From contig OX597816.1 in assembly GCA_951406725.2 (NCBI GenBank), forward strand, positions 151,094,001 to 151,158,000: a DNA stretch of 64,000 bases, given 5' to 3'. The notes beneath the pieces were generated by a model. That model did no database searches, was not told the DNA's origin, and saw only the letters and a program-made list of their open reading frames with translations. This stretch comes from Octopus vulgaris (lineage: Eukaryota). Made by a program: the position numbers and the translations under genes. Below are positions 53,815 through 64,000 of this stretch, piece by piece (position 1 is the first letter of the stretch; every line of letters starts with the position of its first letter).

Positions 53815-54075
53815 CTGTGGTGGCCATTCCATTTATCTTTACCTCTGAATAGTTGCTAGTCCAGTTGCTTCTATTTGTGTCTAGGTGCCAATGCAGTCAT
53901 GTTTTGTATAGCTGCCTGTCAAATTATTACCAATCCAGTTATTTACCTCTGCATATGAACAGTTAGTGATCTGTATAGGGTTGTCAGTGCAGTTGCTATG
54001 TCCCTTGTAGATTACCAGTCCATTTGCTTGTGTCAACGTATTGTTGCTAGACCAGTTGTTTGTCTTTACAGTTAC
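53815..54075. repeat. Degenerate ~32-nt minisatellite
   Basis: Core like gttgctagtccagttg recurs at ~53852, 53884, 53926, 53980, 54011 and 54043. Confidence 0.55.
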
Positions 54076-54709
54076 TTGTCTGTTTATAGAACTGCAAGTT
54101 AAGATGTTCCTGTGATTTCAGAAATGAAGTTTTAAAAATATCAAGAATTTGCCTTCTCATATAATATATTTACTGGATACTGTTTGCTTTTGTCTGTGTT
54201 GATTTCCAATTTATTTTTACTAGAGTTGGCAGGTGGATGGTTTGTGTCATGGAAGATATATTGCACTTAGTTGCATCTGCAACTTATCTGTTTAGCAGTT
54301 TGCTAAACAGTTAGTCTGGAAATAGATGTCAAATTAGATTGAAACAAATATTGTTGAATTTAAATTCAGTTTAACATATGTAGATAAGTTTGTATAAATG
54401 TATGGATGGTTACATTTTTACCTACTTATGTCAGTAGTCATGAGTGTTGTGCAAATGTGTACAAGTGTTGTATGTAACTGTATTTTTTCTTTGCAGCTGC
54501 CAATTGCTGTTTTTTGCATGCCTACTTAACATTTGTTAAAGAAAACATGCTTGATAATCATTCTCATGTACCCTACCATCTTCAGTTTTTTTCACATTTT
54601 GTTTTCTGTTCATAAGCATATGCTTAGAAAACAGTCTGATGAATTAAACTTGTTGAAAATTCTAATTTGGGTTGAAAAATCATGCATGATTTGAGGAGGT
54701 ATGTTTTGT

Positions 54710-54745
<36 letters not shown>

Positions 54746-56241
54746 AATGATATTATTAGCAATGTGACAAAGCCAAAAACAAAGAGCATTAAGTTTGTTT
54801 ATGCTACATTCCTCCATAATGACATCAAGGAATTTTTACCAAGTCTCCATAGAATTAGTCCTCTTTGAATAACTTAGATGAATCGATACATATTTTTTAT
54901 TGTCTTCCTTCACATCTACCTCTCCTTTCCTTTATGTAAAAAAAAAAGATTCCAGTCAAAATAAATTGTATGCTAGTTTTGACTCCACTTTTAGTATTGA
55001 GTTGCCCCATCAGTAAATGCTCTGTTATTAAAACTGCTTGAATATATTACCCTTAAATAAACATATAGTTTCATTTATTTAATTTTATCTGTTTTTCCAT
55101 TCTAGCAAGGGTTAGCTGTATGTATTATTGAGGTTATTTTTTACAACCAGATGTCCATCAACATCTACAAGGTTTGAACTCAAAATGTAAAAAGCTGGAA
55201 CAAATGCTACAAAGCGTTTTTTGATGCTCTAACAATACTGTCAAGCCACTAATAATTTCTGATATGAACACAAAGGAATAGTAGTTTAAATCAACTCCAC
55301 CACTGTACTTAACTGGTACTGTTTTATCAGCCATGCATGTACATGCGTGTGTATAGAAATATTCAATAGGTTCATAAAGAGTAATTAATTTCATTTTTAC
55401 CTTCCTCTGCCCTCTTACATGCAACTGACTTAGGGAATGAATTGTGTTGATAAACTGAGGAGCTCTTACCATTATATTTAGTTCTCACACCCAGATCTAA
55501 AATGGAAAATGATATCAAGTCAAGCAATACATTTGCAAAGAATATTGTGTATTTATGCATTCACATGTGCAGGTGTACTTACTGTAAGGTGTTGGTTTTA
55601 AGCTTGTGGTGATGGAGAGTTCTGCAACACAAATTTATTTGTTGCTACGCCATTTAGAGAGATGGTTTCCAACATGCTGACATTCCCTCATCACAATACA
55701 TGATTCAGTTGCCCTTTAGGATGTAGTGAATGTGTGTATAGCAGCTAGACTATTAAACCCTATACCATAGGTTTCATCTGTCAACCAGATGATTTTCAAT
55801 GTTTTAATTATTCAAGTGAGTTCACACATACTCACAAACATGTATTAACTATTTACTTTTCTCTAACAGAAACCATAAACATAAGCACAGTAGTCCCTCT
55901 GTATATCTTTTTTTCTTATACTACTAAATTCCATGTTAACTTGCACACTTTATTCACCAAAATCACATTACAGTTACATGTAATGTTGGTATTAGGCTGC
56001 TAGACTTTTTTTTCATCCACTTATATTTTAAGTAAAATGCACAAAGTAATAAAGCTGTGTTATTTCTTATATATATTAAGATTGAGAGATAGATATTAAA
56101 TAATATAAACTAATATATTGGATTATTGTAGATTATCTTGCTCCTAGCAATTGTGCAGTACTGCATGTTATATGTGGTATGTATATATGTGTGTATATTT
56201 AGTTTTTTCCTCTCTATATACAGTGATACAATCAATTTGTA

Positions 56242-56275
<34 letters not shown>

Positions 56276-56276
<1 letters not shown>

Positions 56277-57004
56277 GGATGTATAATGTCAGTGTGCATA
56301 CATGACGGAGTGTAAGCGCCCTGAGAGAAGAGTTGAACTTAAGAAGCATCAGATGTAGTGTGCAAGAGAGACGACTATGCTAGTTAGGTCATGTGTTGCG
56401 TATGGATGAGGACAGCTGTGTGAAAAAGTGTCACACCCTAGTAGTATTGGGAACCTGTGGAAGAGCTACACCCAGGAAGACCTGGGATGAGGTGTTGAAG
56501 CACAACCATTGAACATTGGGCCTCACCAAGGCGATGACAGGTGACAGAGACCTTTGGAGATATGCTGTGCTTGAGAAGACCCGGCAAGGCAAGTGAGACC
56601 ATAACTGTGGCCTATGCCAGTTCAGCAAAATCGGCTCATTTAAGAGTACGCTTCAATCATTGGGCAATAAACTGCACTTTCGAAGACCTGTTGAAGCAAG
56701 TGAAGTCGTTGTCATGGCTGATGACAGTACCGCCTGATTGGCACCCATACTGGTAGCACATAAAAAGCTCCATTTGAGCATGGCCGATGCCAGTGCCACC
56801 TGACTGGCTCCTGTGTTGGTGGCACATAAAAAGCACCCACTACATTCTCGGAGTGGCTGGCGTTAGGAAGGGCATCCAGCTGTAGAAACATTGCCAGATT
56901 GGATTGGAGCCTGGTGCAGCCTCCTGTCTCACCAGCCCTCAGTCAAACCATCCAACCCATGCCAGCATGGAGATGGGCATTAAACAACAACAATGATGAT
57001 GATG
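56276..57004 (+). mobile_element. RTE LINE 3' fragment (ORF C-terminus plus 3' UTR)
   Basis: RRLC*LGHVLRMDED...GTCGRATPRKTWDEV...DRDLWRYAV is a typical RTE C-terminus; 3' UTR repeat units and (GAT)n tail. Confidence 0.9.
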
Positions 57005-57689
57005 GTTATATATAACAAAACTTTCCATGAAGTCAAACATCTGAGGATCTGTAACGAGAAACTCCAAACTCAAATTCAACCTTTTCTTAAAATTGTTCTA
57101 CCAACTTTTTCTATTTGTCTATCTGCCTTTCTCTCTCTCTCTCTCATATGTATGTATAGAGAGGTAGGTAAATAGATAGATAGATAGAAAGAATGCAAGA
57201 CAACTATACTTACTTTAGCCAATCTTGCATGCTCTTATGAGTAAAGAAAACAGTACATTTGAAATTACAAGGAACAAGTTATAAAGTTATTTTACAAATT
57301 TAGGCAGCCTGTATCATTTTCAATGGCTCTGATTTATACTGACCTTGTTGACTGTAACTATGTGTTATTAAATAGGCATGCTAATGCTATAATTAGACAG
57401 CAATTCAAGGATTTGGCTTTCTTAAAAAGTTTGGCTTTGCAAATTATTGTAAGTTGAAATCATAAAATGATTTTTGGCTATTTTAATTCATACTAGCTTT
57501 TGTTGAATTTTTTTTTTAATGGCTCAGTAAATAGTTATTTCTACATTGAGATGCCTTTCATAATAGCAAACAATTTTGGATTTGTCCTGGACGTTAGCAC
57601 TTGGAATACTGTTTATAATTATTATTCACGAGTACAGTAGACTGAAGAGTGACATATTAAATGTTTTCTGATATTTAGTTAGGAATTTC

Positions 57690-58460
57690 ACCTTTATGTG
57701 GGTGATAAAATAGTACCAGTCAAGTACAGGGGAGTTGATTTAAGCAACTATTCCCTTGTGTCAGTTTCAGAAATTATTATTCCTATACAAGGTAGTGAGA
57801 TGGTAACATTTCCTTTGGCTCTTTACATTCTGAGTTCAAATTGTGTTAAGATTGACTTTGCTTTTCATCTATTTGGAATCAATAAAATAAGGAGCAGTAA
57901 TCAACTTGCCACTTCTCTCAAAATTTCTAGCTTCATACAAAAGTTAGAAAGACTATCATTTATTATTATTATTATTTAAGGTGGCAAGCTGACAGAATCA
58001 TTAGCACGCTGGATGAAATGCTTAGCGGCATTTCATCCTTCTTTACACTCTGAGTTCAACTGCTGCCAGGGTTGACTTTGCCTTTCATCTTTTTGAGGGG
58101 TTGATGTAATCAACTAAACCCCTCCCTTGAAACTGCTGGCGTTTTTCCAAAATTATTATTATTGTTGATTGGCAGAACCACTAGGGTATTGGAAAAAACA
58201 TCTTGTGGTATTTGTTCTGGCTTGTTGCATTCTGAGTTCTAATCTTACCAATCTAGTATTGACAAATCCCCTCCCATCCAAATTGCTGGCTTTGTACCTA
58301 AATTACATTAATGCATTAAATATGATCTGGCATTTAATTAGGTCCCTTTGCAATTTGCATTCAACAACCACCATTGACTTTGCTTTTTGTTTTCCTAAGA
58401 GCTTGGATTGAAAGATATTCTCCTCCAAAATTTGAAGCTATGTGCTCATAGGTTGGAAAT
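57690..58460 (+). mobile_element. Head-to-tail array of about 4-5 family-A SINEs or fragments
   Basis: ctgagttc B-box at ~57830, ~58050, ~58232; units separated by (TTA)n; best copy 57978-58163. Confidence 0.75.
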
Positions 58461-59248
58461 TAGTATTAAGTTAGAGTAGCAACAAATATAAGAACACTGA
58501 AGTAAAATCCTTTCTCCCTTCATATACATCTTGCTTGAAACTGAACTCTATATGAAAATCCACTAGTATATTGGATCTGACCATATGAACCATACTATGT
58601 AAGACATGTGAGAGATTACTATTTGTTAAAAGCATGTTAAAACTTGTGCTGTATCAGTTACTTGTCCATTCAAAATTTTTTTTTTTTATTTCCTCTCAGA
58701 ACTTTTGTTTTCATTGGGGAAAACTCTATGCATCATAATGCCACAAATCATTATCTCAAGCATAATATGTAACTGAAGAAATGATCATAATATATAGTAG
58801 TGGATTTTGGCATAAAAAGTAAAGCCTAATCTAGTTTCATTAGGGTGTCTTAGAAGTTAATTGGTTTTTAGTGATATTATAGTTATTACCTACATATAAA
58901 ATATAGACTATTGTGTGTGTGTATATATATATATATGGGAGTGGGGCAGTACTATGGTGTAATAGTATTGTCCACAGATGTTAAAGAAAGTAGTTAATTG
59001 CTCATGTCAGTTTCAAGTAGCAGTGTTCTATGCAAATTAAATTCTTCTATTACAGGGAAATTAAAATCTACTTGGAATACTTGCAAATTGAAGGAAATGA
59101 ATTGCTGGAGCAATGTTGCAAGTTAAAGCTACACATTTAATAATGTAGCAGATCTTTCATAATCAAGTTAGATATCCACCTGGTACTGGATATCTGTATA
59201 TGATGAGCTCAATATAAGTAAATTATAGCCTGGTGTAGATTTGTCAGT

Positions 59249-59533
59249 TATGACAGGTGTTCCAGCTGATTCAATCAACAGACCAGCTTGCTTGTGAAAT
59301 TAACATGTAAGTGACTGAGCACTTTAGACACATGTACCCTTAAAATAGTTCTCAGAGAGATTCGGCATGACTCAGAATGTGACAAGGCTGGCCCTTTCAA
59401 TTACAGATACAACTCGTTTTTGTCAGCTGGGTGAAATGGAGTAACATGAAATAGTGTCTTGCTCAAGGACACAAGGTGGGAATCAAACTCACAACCTTAT
59501 TATCATGAGCCAAATATCTTAAACACTAAACCA
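59249..59533 (-). mobile_element. SINE family B, antisense copy
   Basis: tgtgacaaggctggccctttc...agtgtcttgctcaaggacac is the near reverse complement of 20434-20636. Confidence 0.8.
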
Positions 59534-60604
59534 TTGCACACATGCACCTCCTATTACCAGAATTGGAACAGGGTCTGACTCCAATAGCAGTGTTGATCAA
59601 GAAGATAAATTATTTGTATATTGTTTTGTTTCAGTATTCTGTATTATTGAAGATATCTATAGATTTTAGCCAACACTGTATGTCATAGATGTGGACACTG
59701 TCTTTGTGTACAGTATTTTTGCAAATAGGAAAAGAAAAATCAGTCAGAGACAGTGGGTTTATAAGCAGTGTCTACAAGTGACAGTTAGAGATATTCAGTC
59801 ACTGATGAAATCCCAATACTGGACTAAAACCAAATCTTCTGTTGTCTATGAAGATTTTATGTATAAAGACACTGTTTACATAAGTCTATTACATATAATG
59901 ATGGCTAAAAATCTATAGTAGTCTATATTAAGAAGATTGATGTCTCTGCTCTGATGTTGAGTGGTTTCCAGTAGTTTTCTCTATACTAATACGAAAATGC
60001 AACTCAATTATACAAGGTAATAGTAATTTACACTTATACCCCTTTGCAAATTATAGCTGTGACCCAAAAGAAGTTGTCTTGGCTATGGACTTACCTCAAA
60101 GAAAGGAACATACAACAACTAACTACAAGTCTATGTACTTTCGTGTCTACTTATGCATTTACAATCTCATTTTGCCATGGAATGTTGCAAGGCAAAATAC
60201 AATTAAATGAAATGAAATTTGTATGTGCACTTATGTATGTGTTATAGTTTTGATGACTATTTGTAGTAATGACTGCTATATATATATATATATATAAATC
60301 TTTACCACAAATAGTCATCAAAGCTATAAATAACACACAAAACATTGCTTTTCATTTTTTAATTCACCATGCTATATCTTTAATCTCTTCAATCACTTGA
60401 ATTCATATAAAGCAAAGCATATATACATCTATCCCTGTCTATCATTTAGTCCCCCGCCTCTCAACTATTTTGATCTGCTAATTTTTCTAGTTCATTATAT
60501 TTTTCATTAAATCTTTTTTTTTTTTTATATAACTATTTTACTGTCTCTTTCATAGAATAGAAGTTAATATTTAACTTGCATTTTTTCCTCTTGTGAATTC
60601 TAAT

Positions 60605-61150
60605 GAATGGGAGAAGGAGTGTTTCAAATATCGAACCAGTTGTGGGACCAGCCATAAGAGTTGATAGCAGCCTAATAGATAAGGCAATTAAGAATATGAA
60701 GACAGAGAAAGCCTCTGGGCCATCAGAAATCACTGCCGAGAAGATTAAAATATCCAATGGTGTAGCATACAGCCTAGTCACTCATATACTTAATCAGGTT
60801 ATTCAGGAAGGTGCCATCTCCAGTGATTAGTGTAGTAGTATTATAGTTAGCTGCTACAAGGATAAAGGTGATGCCTTGGATAGAAACAACTACAGAGGTA
60901 TCAAACTGCTAGACCAGGTCATAAAAGTTACTGAGAGGGTTATAGCTCAATTGATTAGGAATAGAATTAAACTAGACAAGATGCAGTTTGGTTTTGTGAG
61001 ACAGCTGCAGGAAAAGTCCTTGGTCAAAAGTGAGCCATTGTACTTAGCTTTCAGCAACCTGGAGAAAGCTTTCAACAGTCCTCTGCTCTGTTATGTGGTG
61101 GTCTCTAAGGAAGTTAGGAGTAGAGGAGTGGCTTGTTAGAGCTGTACAAT
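60605..61150 (+). mobile_element. RTE LINE reverse-transcriptase fragment
   Basis: KAIKNMKTEKASGPS...DRNNYRGIKLL...MQFGFV/RQLQEK...LAFSNLEKAFN; stops and an internal deletion. Confidence 0.9.
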
Positions 61151-61189
61151 GTTTATTGCCCCTGTGCATCTGCCACACACAAAAGGTAT

Positions 61190-61708
61190 CATAGAGTTTT
61201 ACCTATACTTGTTCTATAGATCAAGCAGGGCCATCTACCTGAAGAGGTTTGTGATTTGTTCGCCTTCTTACTTACTAGGACTTTGGCTTTTGCAACATTA
61301 ACTCTAAGGCCCCTCGGTTCTAAAATTGCTTCCACACCTGAAATTTCTTCTAGTTCTGGTAGTGATTCCGCTATGAGAGCAGGGTCATCAGCATAGAGGA
61401 GCTCCTAGGGGCAGCCTGTTTTGAATTCCTCTGTTATTGCTTGGGGAACTATGATGAATAAAAGAGGGCTGAGAGTTGATCCTTGGCGAACCGCTACTTC
61501 TACCTGGAATTCTTCACTATACTCATTGCAGACCCTTACCTTACTGACGGCATTCGTGTACAGCTCTTATTAACCACTCATCTATCCCTAGTTTCCACAT
61601 AGCCCATCAGATAAGGGATCGGGGAACCCTGTCAAAGGCTTTCTCCAAGTCAACAAAAGTCAAGAATAGGGGTTTATCTTTGGTTAGATATTTCTCCTGC
61701 AGCTGACT
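61190..61708 (-). mobile_element. RTE LINE reverse-transcriptase fragment, antisense
   Basis: Minus strand QLQEKYLTKDKPLFLTFVDLEKAFDRVPR ... LLYADDPALIAES (YADD motif). Confidence 0.9.
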
Positions 61709-62001
61709 TAATATCCTTAATTGCTTTATCTACCAGGGTGCTCTCGATTCCGGGTAGCTGGCCCAGGTTGAGGTGAAGCTGTCAAATTTGATGGCAGACT
61801 ATCCCCTCCAAAAACCTGTTGACCTACAATTGAAACACATAAGATTAGGATAATAAGTGTATATTAATAATAGCTAACCTTGGAAACTCAGATGTATGAT
61901 CGTTGACGTTTTATCTAATTTTTTTGAAATACTGCTTGGTTTGGTTTTAACCATCTGGTACAAAAGCTTATGCATTCCTAAGGCCCTAAAATTATTGTCT
62001 A

Positions 62002-62255
62002 GGATTTAGGTTCTGCTTTACTAGCTTTCTTTTAAATTGGTTAACACTATTCATGTTTTTAACATCTGCAATACTTTTATTTAAAGTTGTCTATGCTCCA
62101 CTAACTGCTGCATTTTAACTTTCAAATTTCATTCATTGCACAGAAACAGAACAAGGGTCTTTTTGATATCTCATAAATAAAAGTATTGCAGATGTTAAAA
62201 ACATGAATAGTGTTAACCAATTTAAAAGAAAGCTAGTAAAGCAGAACCTAAATCC
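62002..62255. repeat. Perfect 82-bp inverted repeat with 90-bp spacer
   Basis: 62002-62083 is the exact reverse complement of 62174-62255 (checked base by base). Confidence 0.95.
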
Positions 62256-62456
62256 CAGCTGTGAACTTTTGATTCTTCAACTAGACTTGGCTGTTGTAAT
62301 TTCTTGTCCTGGTTTCAGATCATTATAGTTATTTTTGAGTTTTCTATTTTTTCACACTACATCACAGTAAATTTCCTTCTTTTAAATTATTTTATATTTC
62401 ACAGATACTCTGTTATGTCTAACATTTTAGTTAATCTAGTCTTATTGGCAATCAAC

Positions 62457-62795
62457 CAGGGTTTTCAACTGGTGTCCCTATGGCCCCTGAAGGTCCATGT
62501 AAAATTTTTGTGGGTCCATGCAACAAATTGGGATCCACAAAAGTATTTTAAAGACTCCTGAAAATATTTTGCTTTAGATGTATGTATTGGTATTTATTGC
62601 AAGAAACAGCTAGGTATTTTTCTCTAATTTTTTACATAGTTAAACCCACATAAGCGAAAGTGTGAAAAACAAAACAGAAATTTTGAAAGAAGTTTCTATA
62701 AAACTAGTTTTTAAATATTGAATGGCTATGGGGGTCCACCAGAATAAAATAGTAATCAAGAGTCCATAGATAAAAAAAATTATTAAGAACACCTG
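62457..62795. mobile_element. hAT (Charlie-like) non-autonomous element
   Basis: Termini caggggttttcaac ... taagaacacctg; subterminal ggtcca repeats; no 8-bp TSD recognisable. Confidence 0.6.
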
Positions 62796-63020
62796 AACTA
62801 GGGTGTTGCTTAGCTCAAGTTCTCCAAAGTTTTCCATTGAAATCAAATGAACTATCAATGTATTACACATATAACTCAATATATCTCAGGGGGTGGTTCC
62901 ACTGAGTGGATAGAAACTTATAACTGATAATTTTCCCCCAGTCAATCTTTTACCACACTATCAAGTGTTTAATCACTCAAAATCGATGATTTCACTAGTC
63001 AAGATCTTGCAAATATTGGT

Positions 63021-63070
63021 GAGACTATGCTGATGAGGTCTAATAAGGCTAAAACTTGTCCAGGGTTTTC
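63021..63070 (+). ncRNA. Degenerate minimal type I hammerhead motif (Penelope-type)
   Basis: gagactatg-CTGATGA-ggtct-aata-aggct-AAAA-cttg-TC-cagggtttt; helices I and II pair imperfectly, but the catalytic G12 is A. Confidence 0.45.
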
Positions 63071-63624
63071 ACTGTACTTGCTAAAGATACTGAATTTTTA
63101 GTTGAAATTTGGATTCTCTCTTCTGTCTTTCCTAAAAATTGATCATTAAACATTTTTTTGCTTTTTTTTAAGGATGTCACATTAGTTATTTTGTTCACTA
63201 CACTAAATATGTTGGGTCTCCCCCCCCCCAGCCTTGGCTAGTTATTTCTAGTTTATTTTTTTTATGCTCTTTGCATTACTTGCTGATGTCATCTTTTATG
63301 TCATTCTATTTTCTTATGGCTAACTGATGACAATTTTGTACACTTGGTAATATATTTCTGCAAATATAATAGAAACTTACGATTAAAAAGAAAGGTGAAA
63401 ATAATATTGTTTTTCCTTCACTCCTTAATTATATTTAATTAGCTTGTTGATATTCCCTGCATATGTCGACTATAACTTTAACTTTTTACTCCAACTTTTT
63501 ACTCCTACTAGTACTGATTCCAGTAAGCAGGTTGTAGCTTCGCTGAAGCATTTTTTTGCAAGATAAAATTAAGAATTTTATAATTTGTTCAAATTTATTT
63601 ACATTTAAATCTAAATAAAGATTG

Positions 63625-63800
63625 CATCATCATTTAGCATTTATTTTCCATGCTGGCATGGATTGGATGGTATGACAGGAGCTGGCAAGTCTGGGTGCCA
63701 TATCAGGCTCCATTGTCTGTTTTGGCATGGTCTCTACAGCTGGATGCTATTCCTAATACCAACCATTTACAGTGTGTACTGGGTGCTTTTAACATAGCAT
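63625..63800 (-). mobile_element. RTE LINE extreme 3' end, antisense
   Basis: catcatcat...ttttccatgctggcatgg...tacagctggatgctattcctaataccaacca. Confidence 0.8.
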
Positions 63801-64000
63801 CAATAGAATTGAGTGAAATTGTTCAGTAACAGTTTCTCAAAATCTTGTCTCTAAAGAACCACTTTGTTCTATAAAATTTCACTATGATAGGGAAGTGAAA
63901 TGTCTTGTACCATAAAATGGTATAACTTGGCACACCATGACATCCCCCTTCTCTCTGCTATCTGGTTCATCTTACCACCCTCCAGAAGGTAATCTTTAAT

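Larger units (their letters stand above)
1..64000 (+). other. Probable long intronic region of a + strand gene in an animal (likely octopod) genome
   Basis: No long ORF with a recognisable cellular product; dense transposon relics; T-rich + strand with many polypyrimidine-AG acceptors; strong CpG depletion. Skew judged by eye only. Confidence 0.55.

Noticed and set aside
59056-59140. Possible next exon (EIKIYLEYLQIEGNELLEQCCK), phase-compatible with 53661
   Set aside because: Short pyrimidine tract, no convincing donor and no homology; phase match expected by chance.
61385-61392. ctgatga on the minus strand
   Set aside because: It is the coding sequence of the RT YADD motif, not a ribozyme core.

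Overview
AT-rich, CpG-depleted animal (eukaryotic) DNA with no intact protein-coding gene. The repeat complement (tRNA-derived SINE families, RTE-clade LINE 3' ends with (GAT)n tails, Tc1/maT, Helitron, CA/TA/CT microsatellites) resembles an octopus genome; that assignment is inferred from recall, not a search. Most ORFs in the track are spurious or transposon relics. A by-eye T>A skew and strong acceptor sites suggest the window lies inside very long intron(s) of a + strand gene. Supported elements are a DD34E Tc1 (8.4-9.6 kb), an internally deleted DD37D maT element (18.1-19.1 kb), a Rep-less Helitron (22.2-24.65 kb), a fossil Gypsy pol (47-50 kb), many RTE fragments and SINEs. The most notable signals: (i) hammerhead-ribozyme-like motifs (CUGAUGA...GAAA-CAGCUG-UA) with element-specific helix I pairing and unusually long helix/loop II, inside inverted-repeat, Penelope-pLTR-like elements; (ii) a consensus recursive-splice site (polypyrimidine-AG|GTAAGT) with a 37-nt cryptic exon; (iii) several long inverted repeats, including a perfect 82-bp pair, that would form pre-mRNA dsRNA. 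Repeat boundaries were read by eye and are approximate.
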